DNA of 50,413 nt, the filler included, from Catajapyx aquilonaris (lineage: Eukaryota), in NCBI GenBank assembly GCA_000934665.2. It is 2 parts of 2 records of this genome, joined end to end, with 100 filler letters (N's around TTAATTAATTAA, not from the genome) between each part and the next. Parts side by side here need not be neighbours in the genome. Positions count along the whole stretch, not along the records: positions 1 to 30,900 come from JYFJ02006463.1; 1 more part is not named here. The stretch is one strand, 5' to 3'. Numbering within the stretch: the stretch's first letter is position 1; every line of letters starts with the position of its first letter. Under the pieces are notes generated by a model. That model searched no databases. It was not told the origin of the DNA and worked only from the letters and a program-made list of their open reading frames with translations. Both the position numbers and the translations under genes were made by a program. This document shows positions 1-14,044 of the stretch, in pieces.

Positions 1-3000
1 TCACCCAAAGTCATTTATTACATGCCCTCAAAATAACTTTCTGATTGCTGGTGAAATTTCAGAAAAAATTTCCACCAGTCGAAAATATTTCTGTCACTTA
101 TAATCGCGTATCAATATTTTTGAATAGTTATTTGTGTCATTATGCAGCTACTCATAAATCATTGTAGGTGTCTAGGTATTAGCTAATATTAGGAACTATT
201 ATTTTCATTTTTTAAAAAAATTTCGACTTGTTACTACAAGTGCAACGGTATACGTAAGATGCACTGTATGAAACAGTGGCATTACAATGATACATGTGCA
301 CACACATTACAGCAACACACTACATCAATATCCTCGCCGTAATATGCCGTGCCTAAGGAACCTTCCCCAATTTGACTCCATAAATATTTATGCCTCCTTA
401 AAACTTTCTCATGTTGTCCGTCTTTTGTATCCCCCCCCCCTCAACATTCGTTAAAAAGCTCACCATATTATAGAGAGCAGTTTTTTTTCTTTAAAAAGTC
501 CTGGAAGTACTTTTTTCTCTCTCTCTCTCTTGGCATACATATACGCCTTGTGCACCGAACCGGATCAAGAGACCGACGGATTATTAAGGAGAAGGAGAAG
601 CTACCTTTTCAAGATTTCTCTGGAAACCCCGGTAGTTTCTGAGGGAGGCTGGGATCTTCATGCCCGGATGGCTCGAGCTCACTGTACTCCTCCAACGAGC
701 AGAGTAATTAAAGTTCTAGTGCCCAACGGTACAAGACCCTACAATATACAACTTCTAGCTTTGATCTTACTCCATTCTCCGCTCACGATATACAGCACGC
801 CTCAGGTCATGTTAATACATTATGTACTGCATTGTCACAACTCTAATTATTATTATTGTTGGTGCTCCATGCGATACAAATAATATTGCACATTGTTTGT
901 TCAAGCTGTGTATTTTCATGCTAAGTATATAAAAATCTAAGCAAACATAAGCCTTACGCAATTTATGTGCTTCAAACAACTTGGAACACAATATGAAGAA
1001 AAAGGGCCTGAGAGAATAATGTTGCAAAAGCTAACCTCGCACAGCAGTTGGTCTTCGTTACATGTTATATTTAGAGAAGCTTCCCTGTAGCTCTTCCCCA
1101 GCTATCAACATAACTGCGGCATATAGTAATATCACCTGAGGCCAGTTCTCCTATAGTACGTATATACTCGGCTGGACTATAAAATTATACAGAACCGAGG
1201 ATCCAAACTGCTGGCGTTTTCAATGCAAATATAAGGCTTGCATGAATGTTGAAGGGGGGGAAGACATGAAATGTAAAACGTTCAGAATCACTAGAAAAAT
1301 ATTTTTGATGTATATTTAAAAGTCAAATTACTCAATTGTGGAATAATAATCTGAAAATTTTCTATTGATAATATTGATTCTCTAAAAGTATAAACGTCCA
1401 GGATAATTCGAGGTGGTAACAACTATTTATTTACTTACTTACTTATCTATGTACTTATTTATTTATTTATTTATTCGTTCGTTCGTTCATTTCCTACGTT
1501 AGGTCGGAACGCTTATACGAGTCAATGATTATATCACACACTCCGATCGTTCTCCATTTGAAGTCTTCAAACATTTATCACGTTACCTTTTCCAAGAATC
1601 GGCCAAATGTATGGAAGGGAATAGTAAATGTGACAAGTCTTTGAAGCGCTTTAAAATTTGATCCACTATTTTTTTAGCTACGAGAGAATAAGTCTTTACG
1701 TCACGTTTAATCCTACCTGAGTTTAACTCGTGCCTTCATTAATTGAAAAGAGGATTTTAGTTTCAGAATTTTAATTTTTGGAGACCCCGCGTAGCACAAT
1801 TTCCTTCCTTTTCCAAAAAAAAAAACACCATCCGGCGACTTACATCGTGCAATTTGTCAAAAGCTCGCCCGTCAACTTTATCCTGCTTATGTAATCCGGA
1901 GGTCTCCATATTTAAAAAATAAAATTCTCTCTCTCTCTCTCTCTCTATAAAATCCCCGAAGCTCCAAACATGAAATGAATGTTCAAACGCAAACTTCACT
2001 TAAAACGTGCGTCAGTTGGCTTTTGCTATAACGTGTGCCCTATGTATGAGCCAATTCCCACTTGCAAGCAATGCAAATCGCAAGTTTACCTCCCCTATTT
2101 AAAGCTCCGTCCCCATGGTTAAATATGCGCATAGATTATATACCATCCATCCATATATTGTCATTCTCTACATGCCCAAGTTTCATCGCTCAAAAAATGG
2201 CCTGAAGGGCGAAAAAAAAATAACAAGCAGTAAATGGGTAAAATAGTGAGCAGATTTTTTTATTATTTTTATAGACGGAGAAGAGAGCTGTATGTAAACA
2301 GAAAATTAGTATGCATATAACCGGTGGAAGGAAATCTGCATGATAAAGCAGTTTCTCCGTCGAATCGACGTTGGAATAATCGAGCCCGGAAAGTAATACC
2401 GAAAAGTTGGGGTGAGCCCGAAATTTTGCATAAGAATATACGTTGAGTGATCTATCCGAAAATGTGAACCCGGAAATGTTTCCACAAATATTGGACCGAA
2501 TATCGAGCAAAATTTTAGGTAAATTGAAATGAAGAAAATTGTGCTGGAATTTTGCTCTTTAATTAACCCAGAATATCCTATTGTCCTATATTATATGACA
2601 CTTGTACAAATATTTTAGTTACTGCGTCAGTTCGTAAAATGAAAAGTACTTTAAAAAAATTATGGTTTCACCTAGTGGAATTGAAGTTGTTTTAGAGCGC
2701 AGCAAAATGATCCTGATTAGCTTTGAGCACTGGTTTTACCCAAAGTGCTACCAAAATCTGACTGACATATTTGGAGTGACCCCTGCAGACACAAACTTTC
2801 ACTCAAAATTTTGGTCACTCGTCTCTCTCTCTGCCAATAGCATCAGGCTGTGTTAACCCAAACAGCCCTCGACGGGCTGCAATATCCAATGTAGTATGCT
2901 CGTGTCCAAACCCATAAATTGATTACTTGACTTGCCGAGGAACTACCGCTACAGGTTTCCCCCACATTTCTGCAATGTTCATTACAACCATGAGAACCGA

Positions 3001-4361
3001 TCCCCCAGCAAGTTATTGCTCAGAATTTAATTTCTTTCTCTAATGAGTTTGCTAGAGAGGATACTCCTCATGTCATCATGATTTTGCCAATATTTTTCGG
3101 GAGCAAAACATGTTAAGCGCCAGTGGCTGTTAACATGTTTTTCTCCCGCGACCTCGACATTAAAACCTTTCCACACAAAAAAATGGATAGATCTGGCATG
3201 ATTTTAACGAGGATTGGAAACCCATCCATATGATTGTTTCATCAAGAGTCATTCACTAATTATCAACTTTGCATAAGCCTCGGATCTACTTGGAGTGTGA
3301 TGGGGGAAGCTTATACACGTGGCACTTTCATTAAAAGGTCATGAAGTGTTCCGCAAATCCATCCTTCACGTGCTCATAAATGCGAATGCGGCCTATATCT
3401 AGCTCGGTCTGAGAGGATTAAAATCACTTCAACAAAGGTTTGAGCAGACACTACCCAGAGAGACAAACTGCTCTACCTGCTCAACCGGCTGCCTCTCAAA
3501 CATCAGTCTTCTTTTTAAACTAGAGACTAAAGCTACTCCACAGAGTTTAATGAAAATCTTTGTAATACTGAAACTGTATGATTATTATGAAAGATCTGTG
3601 CTTTTGTTTGTCCGCGGTTAGTCATCAGTAGTGCGCCATCTATACGTGAGACATGACACTAACTGTAGAAGTCCCACCTATAGACTGGGATTTCAACAGA
3701 GGACGAGTTCTCAGGGAAAGTCTCCAATCACTTCTTCTTTCAGTTCTAAAAGCTCTCCCATTGCGATTGCCACCTGCTTGATCCCTTAAAAGTAAGACCG
3801 TCTCAAATAGATGGGAAAAACTTTTTTTTCTCTTCTTCCTAACGACAAGGATTGAAGTGCATGAAGGGAGGCTCTCAGATATATCCGAGTCCTATTACAT
3901 CAATAGCAAAGTATTTTTTTTATCTACAGTTCTTGAACGTCTATAAGAGACTTTTGCGCCGAACTACCTTACTTTTCGTTTCGGTGTGATTCTGTAATAC
4001 CCAAACTCTTGTCAAACTTCAGATAATTCCTTAGGAAGTTTGTCTTCGTACAGCCTTTGTAACGCGACATATTAAGGTTGTGCAGAGCCCAAGTTCCTAA
4101 TCTTAATAATTATGGTTTACTTCAACAATCAGCTCTTGAATGTAAACAACAATTACGACAAATGCATGGCTTACTTATTAACTAATAAACTAATTTATAA
4201 CTCTTCGTGTCATTTCTGTATGACTATTAAATATTGTACTATTTACAACTATTTTCTTTAAAAATATTTAGTAATTATTGCAACATTTTTTATTAGTGTT
4301 GATTCGTATTTGATAATTATTTATTTACTTCATCATCTGTGTTTGTAATAATTATGCAGTA

Positions 4362-4452
4362 TGTACTATCGGCAAGGACATGGTACGGACACTCTTGTCA
4401 ATAGTCAGCTTATATCCCTTAGTGTCCGTACCATTTCCGTGCCGATAGTACA
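4362..4452. mobile_element. ~90-bp hairpin MITE-like element
   Basis: TGTACTATCGGCAAGGACATGGTACGGACACT ... AGTGTCCGTACCATTTCCGTGCCGATAGTACA; 32-bp arms with 2 mismatches; possible TA TSD. Confidence 0.7.
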
Positions 4453-5188
4453 AGTACATCCGTACTGTCATTTTCAAGTAAAATGCACTTTCCTTTTCAA
4501 ATAAAAAGTACTATCATTATTTTTACCTGTCATTTACAGTGAGATTTTTTATTTCCATACTGTATCAAAAAAAAGTATTTTTATTTGCTTAATTGTTTTT
4601 AAACCAATTATAGGCAGAGGCTGTGTTGCTGTCAGATGTTCTAATTGAAGGAGTTGATAGAGCATACAACTATTAACAATATCAATCAGTCCCAACAATG
4701 AATCCAGGTGAATCGATGGGCAAATACTCAGTTTTGATGCGACGTCACGTAAACATGATCAATTCCATTCAAGAAGTACTCGAAAGCAAAATATGCCTTT
4801 AACAAATATTCATGTAGCAGCGTACAGCAATAACAAGTGCATATCTGGTGTTTACCACGTGCATTGGACTTAATTGGGTTTAAACAAATATTACGCGGCG
4901 AGCTCAATTCTATAGGGCTTATTATGCAATATCAGCCATGCACTAATGAGCTTAATTCCAAATTAATGACGAATTCATTCAAAACCATTATGTGCAATGG
5001 CGCGTTCTCGATTCGTTCAACGAGGCAAAGCCAGTGCAAAATATCGTCGAGTCGACCAACACACTGACTCTGATGTCAGTTATCATTTAAAATAATATTA
5101 TAATATATTCATTAATTTATTACTTAAAATTTATTGGATTGCTGTAATACTGAACCCAAATTGAGCTGAAACATATCAGCGATGTATT

Positions 5189-5316
5189 TCGGATCACCCA
5201 TTGCGATAAGAAGCTCGACAAAATGCGGTGTTGTCATGTCATGAATTTGACAAACTATAATACACAATGCAACACTGCTTCTTATCGCCCTCGGTCATCG
5301 CAGTAGGTGATCCGGA
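5189..5316. repeat. Degenerate inverted-repeat remnant
   Basis: TCGGATCACC...GGTGATCCGG outer pair and GCGATAAGAAGC...GCTTCTTATCGC inner pair. Confidence 0.5.
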
Positions 5317-8307
5317 GTGGGCTGCATTCATGTTACGTAACTTTACACCTTAGGTCTTTACATGCAGCCCAAAAGCTGGCATATTAGCACCCACAGCAAA
5401 TTATTCATGGAATTTCCAAAGTGAAACTTGGAAACGGTCAAATTCCACGGAGACTACTACTTCTCTCGGAGGTAAAACTTTCTTCCCCAGCACGTCATAT
5501 TAACTCGCTAATGGCTTCGGCACAAAACCCACCTGGTATAGCCTACTGCATAACAGCAAGGCAATTCGAAGAAAAGTTGTACAGGAACCTACTTGAGGGC
5601 ACTTAGCACTTGTGGTTACCAGGGAGATTATTATCGGAAAAACGGACGCAAAGCTGAACTTCACAAGGGTCCAGAGGATTAAGATAAGTCCTGGTAGCCT
5701 TGCGAGGCTAAAATTATAGTCTTTTTTGAAACGATGAAATATTTATTTCTGCAGGTGTAACTACTCAACTGCGCAGTATGTGGGCAGTTACGTTAATTTT
5801 TGATTCAGGACAACTTAACAGCGAAAGTATAGAATATTATTAAACTGTAGACTCCTCAATATTAATACGTAGTAGGCCTACGAAGTTCTGTAGCCTACGA
5901 GAGATATGCTACTACGTACACAGTCTTGGGCAAGTGTTGCCAAGTTCTGTCACTCGTAAATAAATAAAATAATAATACATGGAATAAAAATATAAAAACA
6001 AAAAATTTCTTACAGTTATGTACTAGTGTTTAAGAGAAATGTGACATGTCAAACCACTGTCTGAGACTATATAGTAAGAAGACTACATCCTCTCACAGCA
6101 TTAATGTCGTTTAAAAATAGCGTGGGCATAGTTACTACATTTTTTTAAAAATCCGCAGCCGCTGTGGGCCTATACAGCTCTAGCAGAAATCGTTGAAAAG
6201 TAGTGTCAGTGGCAGGCTAAGCCTTGTCCAGTGAGGAGGAGAGAAAACGCGAGAGTGACAATGTATCATGGAATGGTGGGTTATGTAAAAAGGTTTTCCG
6301 CTTCAGGAACATCGTCACATCAATTACCTTTAGGGGAGGGCGGGCTTGTTTCTATAATGGAAACTGATGCTGGACAGTAGCTACCAGAGATTCGAATCTG
6401 AACCATGCTCTATGTACGTACAGTGTACTCTGCTAATATCGAAAAAAGCACTCCAATGGCAACAAAAGAAACGCTCTTTTATTGTGCCGACAAGAATCAC
6501 TCGAATCGACCAAAAAACTAGACTCATTGAGTGGAGCTGTTGGGTTGAATGACAAGTTAATGAAGTCGAGGCTTGAGTGCAATTAAATCATGCCATTACA
6601 TCGCTTTCAGAATAGTTGAAGAGTGCTTCCAAACTCAAGTAAATTAAACACAAGTCTGGTAGATTCATATAGCTTTACTGTTTCGGGCCTATACATAAAA
6701 CCTGAATGAAAATTAGAAAATTAATGTAATATTTTATCGAAGTGGTCACTAACTTCTTGTTCCAAAAAGAAATTACTAGTATTTTTTACATTAAACTGCT
6801 TATTTAAGCAGTTACTGTACTTTCAGTGATTATTAATGACAGATTCGTCATTTTTATCGGGCTGCAAAAAAAATAGGTTCTGTCATTGATTCTCTACCGG
6901 AATTTAATTGCAAGTAACAGCCTAAATTGGTGATTCGATTATGCTTAATATTAGCAGCTAATAACGACTAAAAGCATCTATGCAAATATAGCTTCCCCCC
7001 TCCCCAAATCGGTGTTGAACTGTCTTTTACGCCTGAAAATCTGGGCGATAACATATTGTTGTGTCGCAATAGTGTGTCGCAAATTTGCATTTTGCAAATT
7101 ACATCGGTTATATACCCCCGGCAGGACAATATTATTCTAAAATCCAGTTCGTTCCACTCCTGAACACACGAATATACAGGGTGGTGGACTAACCAAGTTC
7201 ATACTTGCTGTTATAACACAACAAACTGTTCATTTCCAGCAACGAGTTTTAATCCAGTTTCTGCGGTTTCTGGTGTGGACAAATCCAGGCTTTCTAATTG
7301 ACCATCATTTTAAAACTGGTATGTTACTTCAGAAGTGTTCCACCCTGTGCTGCGATTTCTCCCGCATTCCTATCACCTGCGAATTTTCACAGCCTTAGTC
7401 ACCCTCAGTCACTCGCCTGTTAAAATAACCAAACTCTCGGTTTATGAGGTCGTTCTACATGCAAAAAAAGAGCCCACCCCTCTTCTGCTCAACGACCTCG
7501 TCATGAGTCAAGGAACTTGATGTGCCTTAGAAAAACACATTCTGTTAGTACTTGTCAACACAAAAATCAGCACTCAGTGAAGGTACTGTACTATATACAA
7601 TATTTCTGCGGGTACTTCCCAAGTTTGAGGTGACAATTTTTAATCCCAGGCTGACACTCTCTAAACTTCATGCTATTTAAATAAACCAAGTGCAAGACCC
7701 TTTTCCCAAGAGTCAGACACGCAAAAAAAAAGGTGGGTTCAGAAAATTCGCAAATTGCTTCTCCTTGCTTCCAATCAATCACCGCTGCTGCAACCAGAAA
7801 GTGTGGCTGGTGGTAGTAGGTGCCACCCTGGTAAAATCAGCTTAATTTTGGCCAAACCCACCCCCTTTCCCCATGCCAACCAACCCAAAACTGATTGGGA
7901 AGGCAGCAGCACTCCACGCTTCTTCCACAATCTGTCCGATGCAATTAGGCCGCCATCCTGAATATGGCTCTCACTCTCGCAAAAAGGAAGAAGAAGAAGA
8001 AGAAAAAGTGCGGATCTTTCTCGCAAAAATGGGAGGATCTTTCTCGCAGCCTTAGCCTATTACTGCTTACTACAGCCCTGATATCTTGTTATGAATGGAG
8101 GTCGCGTGGAAAATGCAGGGGGAAAAAAATGTGAGAGTGGAGGATGTGTAATCACATCATTTGCACACAAAAAAGTGCAAAAAAAACCAGGCACGTGCAA
8201 AAGTGGAAGTTTTGGGTAAATTCAAGCTGAACTTTCAATGCGAACTTTTTTTGCGGCTGGAGAAGTAACAAGCACGTTGCGAAATCAACTGCTGGCAACA
8301 ATGAGAG

Positions 8308-8440
8308 TCTATCCTATTATAAAATGAAAAGTTCGTTCGTTTGTTTGCTTCCCCAAGTTTGGTTACCATGGCAACCCGTCTCCATGGCAACTTGTCAACC
8401 ATAATGGCCAATTAGTACTCTATTTCAAAAACTGCTCCAG
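8308..8440 (+). mobile_element. Helitron-like 5' end (related ends at ~14272-14345 and ~20052-20135)
   Basis: TCTAT...TATAAA...AAAGTTCGTTCGTTTGTTTG pattern resembling non-autonomous Helitron 5' termini followed by a GTTY microsatellite; no 3' CTRR end identified. Confidence 0.45.
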
Positions 8441-8441
8441 A

Positions 8442-8526
<85 letters not shown>
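8442..8526. repeat. Compound microsatellite (TAT)n(TGT)n
   Basis: Directly visible. Confidence 0.95.
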
Positions 8527-8527
<1 letters not shown>

Positions 8528-11500
8528 GTATAATGGAAAATTTGCTAAAGGCAATTTTTTTGTAACCTTTATTTTTGGTGGAAAATGTGCATACAAAGCG
8601 ACATATTATGCGAATAAAAAGTGTTAAATATTGCGAATTTACAATTTATTAAATGCCAGATCCGCAGAAATTTTTATCGAGTTTAATTTGTGAAGCAAAA
8701 TAAGCACATTCTACGTTTTAAAAAAATCACAGAGTATCACAAAGCACCAGCAGTGACATTGTTAACGTGCAAGTTTCACACGTCATAAAATAACACATTA
8801 TAATTATGTCACCATCACTTCAACACTTTGATTAAATTTAGATCAAATAAACAGCACCCGTTTTTTTTTTTGGCGGCATGAGTAGCCAATAATGCTTTTT
8901 TGGCACATGACGTTACGCATCGCAAAATTTTCTAAAGCCTATTATCTAGTTTCCGGAGACCGCTACATTCACCTATTCACGTATCAGCGATTTTCACGTG
9001 CAAAAAAAATTTGCACATGTTCAACGTGTGCTGTGGGTGCCATGCAGAGAGGCCTCTAAATGAGTTCAGCATCAGCATATATATGCTGGTAAATGCAGCA
9101 TATCGTGCTCATCCTTGCGTAAGTTCCCTTCCAAAAAGGAATCCGGTTAATCGGAGCTTGAAAAACTCCATCTCCTGCCTGGAAAACCCATTTCATGTTA
9201 ATTTTCCCAGTCGTACGCACATGCCGTATATGTATGAGATTGCGCAATGTACACACTCGGCTTATTCAAACTTGCAATGAATGTAGTTGCCAGACGGAAA
9301 TTTTGACGCTTCATTCGATTCGCGAATTTGGTTCGTATTAAAGAGATGTGCATATGTCCGAAACGTTTTGACCACAGCAAAAGCTTTGCCACAAAAATCG
9401 CGATATGTTGCACAAAAGGCCAATATTGCATTGATGTGTGCCAAAAAGCGGTTTAGGTAGGCTATAAATAATTTCGCAAATTATTATCTGCATCAATCAA
9501 TGCCATGTCGCAATTAACGTCGCAATATCTGCAAGGCATTTTCCCTCTTCACAATTTCTAAGAGAAGCGGCAGCAGTAAACACTCAGATATAGTAATATG
9601 AAACATCAGGTAGTAGTATTATACGTCCTGGAACAAAACGCGAGCCCCGGAAACTCTCCGGGAGTATCGACTCGTTCAGACCATGCAAGCGTGGCCTCTA
9701 GGTACAGTATCACGGTGCATACGTTACTATATAGTACAAAACTCCGGGTACGAGCTGGCGCATAATTATATGCAAAAACATAAAAGCCAAAATCCCAGGC
9801 TAAGGGACATTCGGCACAGATTTTACCGCAAAATTTGGTAATTGGAAAAGGAGACCGAACTATATAATCAGCAGGGCCCGTAGGATTCTGGCTCATCATT
9901 GATTATATAAAGAACTGAAATAAATTAAAAAAATAATAAAATATTAAGTAAAATAACGCAATAAGTATTATGCATAATATGCAATAGAACATACATCAGT
10001 ATAATGTGCAGTATAACATATTGTATGTCTTGTAAATAATGAATTGTAATATAATAAGCTATAATATTAATTGTAATAAAACTATATTACAACTAATATT
10101 ATATCAAGTCATTGTCTTATTTATTACTACGTGTATTAGTGTTTTTAATTACTTATTTGTTTATTTGTGTATTGTTTATTTTGTTTTATTTATTATTTAT
10201 TTGTTTTATTTATTAATAATACTGATTTAAACCATAATGCTGCAAATTATTATATAAGTAATTATATTAATTTTATTACAGCTAATATTATTAATTATTG
10301 AGTTACAATTTTTATTACATTACATTACATTATGTTAAGTTAATTATATTATAACAATTCTTTGACAATATTCTCAAAAAAGTTGCCTATACATGAGTGA
10401 GTCACTTGAAAAGGTTTCTCCTAAGGCTCTAGTGCAAAAATAATTGAACGCAACCAATTAATATTCTTAACCTGCAATTCAATCAATCATCAGACTCATC
10501 AGCCCCCTATTGGAGACTCATTAGTGGGTTGGAAATACAGGTGTTTTTTTTTTTTTGCCAAAACTTTTCGCCCGCTCCCAGAATGTATTATACCGTAAGC
10601 TCCTACTTTGAATAAAACAACCCCCCTTGGAGTGATTCCAATAAGTCCCCACCTCATCCATAATGAGTCGGGTGGGGTGGGAGGGTGGGGTGTATTTTGT
10701 GATATAACACCCTATACCTTCTCTCTCTCTCTCTCTAGCTCTCCCTCTCTCTCTCCCTCCTTCGCATCATTACAAGGGAACAAAGCTGTAATGGAGCCTC
10801 GTTGGGGAACAAAAGCCGCGCTTTGTAATTATTATCGTCACAGATGTCTCGCCCTGCACTTTCCAAGTGCCTGATATTAGTCGCGGAGTTGAGCCAGCGG
10901 CATTTCGCATTTTGCAATACACTGTAGATTGCACCTACTTTTTTGCCAGGAAAAAAAACACTTACTCGTACAAAATGCAGTCTCATTGCTTGTATGCTGT
11001 TTGATGAATTAATGAGAGATTATCAAAGTGTACTTCGCCCACTAGTAATGCAGTTTTTACGAAAGGTGTTGGCTCTATTTTTTTGCCAATTAATTTATTT
11101 ACAACATTACTACCTGCAGAAAAAACCAATAATTCGCGTGCTAACCTTAAATCAAGTCGAGGTCAACTCAGCATGACTCAACATGACGCCAATCAATTTC
11201 CCTCCCATACATTTTCGATTTAATTTGTGAATGCTTGTGGCATTAAACCTTTGCCCATCGTGTATATTAAACGAGACCTTTGAATGGCTGCGGGTTTCGC
11301 CAGTCAAGGAGAGCGCGAATCAAAAGCTCTATAAATGAGAGCCAGAGGTTTTCGCATGGTTGTGGGGCCAACAAAGGCTTCCATTATTAGTGGCCACCCA
11401 CTTAAAATTTTGCGATTGATTAGGTGTGCCGCAATATGACACGCAAGCTTTAATTGGCCGGCTTTATATGGGTAGAATATTCTTCAATCACAAAAATCAG

Positions 11501-13994
11501 TCTTCAAGAAAATTCATATGGGTTATATCTGCTGATATAGACACAAATCAATCATTGTCATTAGTTCGAATGATTACCGCCCACCGTATAAATTAAAACC
11601 CATTGTGCGGATCAGCGTAATTATACTATTTTCCAACTGATTCGACCCCAAAATCACCTGCGGCGACAACTAACCTGCAATTAATAAACAAACAAAATGC
11701 GTTACATCCGGATGATTGCTGCTGCAAAACGTGTGGTGTTTAAATATAGCCAGTAAGATTCATAATAAATTATTAACAAAAATTGCAGATTTGCAATTTA
11801 ATAAAATATAACGTGAAAGAATAATTGAGTTTATTCATTAAAGCATCGTGAGCGAATATTTCCCTGCCAAATTTGCAAATAATGGCAAGGTTGACAATAA
11901 CACGATGAGAAACAAAGGGTGGAAAACCAATCAAAAAAATAATAATCTGCTAGTTTAAAATTTTTAATTAACACACACGTGCACCATAGTTCGTAAGATT
12001 TCCGCTTTTATTATTAACCAAGCATTAAAATTTTGATTCACATGTAGACGGCAGAAAGTTAAGGCGCTCAAGGGCTGGAGGAATAAGTAATGTTTCACTG
12101 TGCATACTGTTCATTCGCGAAATAAATGAACATTGTCTGCTGCTATGTAATAAAAGATTTATTCTGCTCGTTGCGCACAAAAAAAAATTTGCAAAGTATT
12201 AATTAGTTCCACATTGGTTTTTTTGTGCCCAGTTTTTTTTTGCCTCTCTTGTGAGTCGGTTGCAAATATTTACCCTAGTAAAACTTCATTTTGAGCCCGC
12301 AGCCTGTGCAAAAACATGTGTGCCCACACTGGAGGCCCACTAAAATAATATATAGCCCACCTTGTTTTCTGTTTTGAAGCCCGTTTCCTAACCGCTCGGG
12401 TGCTATAAATCCGAAGAACTCTAGTCCAATGGCCTTCCTCTTCCCATAGACTATAGATCTAAACAACCATTTCCGGTCAGGTCAAGACCAAGGTTAGTAC
12501 AATGCTAAGTATAGCAAAAAAAAGGTGAAGGTAAATTCAATTAACCCAGGAGCTATTATTAGACAATTCAAATGTCACATGGATTGGACTTTTTTTAAAC
12601 TACTATCGGTAGCACATAGGATTCTGCTAGTTGCATTATCGACGTTTCAAAGATATGGTTGACTGTCATGAAAGATAATTCAACCGTCAATCAAGCGCAT
12701 TTTATAAACATTGGCCAGGAAATTAAACCTGAGGGAGATGGAGAGAGCTGTTTTCCAATAAATAGCGACAAAACCGCTATAAAATCAAAGCGTGCTATGG
12801 GTTTTTTTTTAAAACTAACTCGTTTGTGAGCATGCAAAATAAAAGTCCAGCTTATGCAACAACAGTTTCAAAAACAAAAAAATTTAAACGCTGCAGGCAG
12901 TTGCAGTTCATAAAATTATACTGAGACTCAAAAATAGCAGCTATAGTCGGCTAACAGAGTTGATATAATTTTAGTGCAGGTTTTTTTTCTTCTTCTAAAA
13001 TGGTATTACTTGACATACTGGTTAAGTATAAGCTGAATTGCTCTAATGCTTTCATGTATATAAAAATGTCAACAAAGCGAATTAAAATTAATAATTTAAT
13101 CGAGTCTTGTATCATTTGGAGCAAATGCACGGTTCTAAAATATTGAATTGTTTATCAAACAGTTTTGCTTCACAATGCAGTTCTGACTGAGTAATAAGTA
13201 CGATTCATAAATATTATAATTCAGTTGTCATGCACGATTTCTTTACACTGAACTACATAATGGCTGGTTGAGTAAAGTCAGATTATCGTGAATACAGTAC
13301 TTTAACGTAGTCAGATATTTTTTGAGAGGATAATTAGTTCATTGGTTTTTACACCTATTGAAATTTTGCAATATTAAATTATAAGTTTGAACGTCTTGTT
13401 TATAGTTCATTAACTAAAGGACGGTTGTACCACTATACCGGTTTACTACAATTACAGTTACAACATACTCTTATTATAGTACTGGTGTGTCACCTGATAT
13501 TGATGGCAATCATTGGTGCTCATTTGTTTAAAAATATAGGCAGCACAAAATGAATGCGCCACACTTACCCCCGTCTCTAAATTCAGACCAAACTTGCGCC
13601 AAGAAACAATAATACCTGTACCCAGTCGTAAATCCACATTGTCCGGCACTCAACAACACATACCCACTGAAAAAATTACACCACAACAAAACACTCGACA
13701 CACACACACACACAAAACAGTCACGTTACACTGTCTCAACTCACCCCATTCGACCCCCATCCACGTGACAGTTCCCCCCCCCCCCCNTTAAAAAAGTGAA
13801 CAAACTGTCCCTCCTTTTTTTCAAAAAAAATATTTTTTTGGTGTAGCAATGGTACAAGTTTGCGGCCAGTCTGTAGTCTCTCCTGGCTGGCTCTGAACTT
13901 GCGCCTATTATTTGCGCCCTCAGCTGACTTATCTGCGCCAGCGTGGATCCTACCCTACCACCCACCCTATACCCCTTCACCTTTTTTGCGAAAC

Positions 13995-13998
<4 letters not shown>

Positions 13999-14041
<43 letters not shown>
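13999..14041. repeat. (CT)n microsatellite
   Basis: Directly visible; shorter (CT)n tracts at ~515-530, 1925-1946 and 10720-10755. Confidence 0.95.

Positions 14042-14044
<3 letters not shown>

Noticed and set aside
530..883. 117-aa ORF, and a possible minus-strand mini-exon (MKIPASLRNYRGFQRNLEK)
   Set aside because: Non-ATG start for the long ORF, weak donor for the mini-exon, no recognisable domain.
9900..10370. Hydrophobic 63-aa ORF in an AT-rich tract
   Set aside because: Low-complexity A/T sequence gives Ile/Leu/Tyr/Phe-rich translations by chance.
12273..12458. Open minus-strand frame between TTTAG and GGTAAAT
   Set aside because: Peptide not recognisable and no neighbouring exons to join; chance is plausible.
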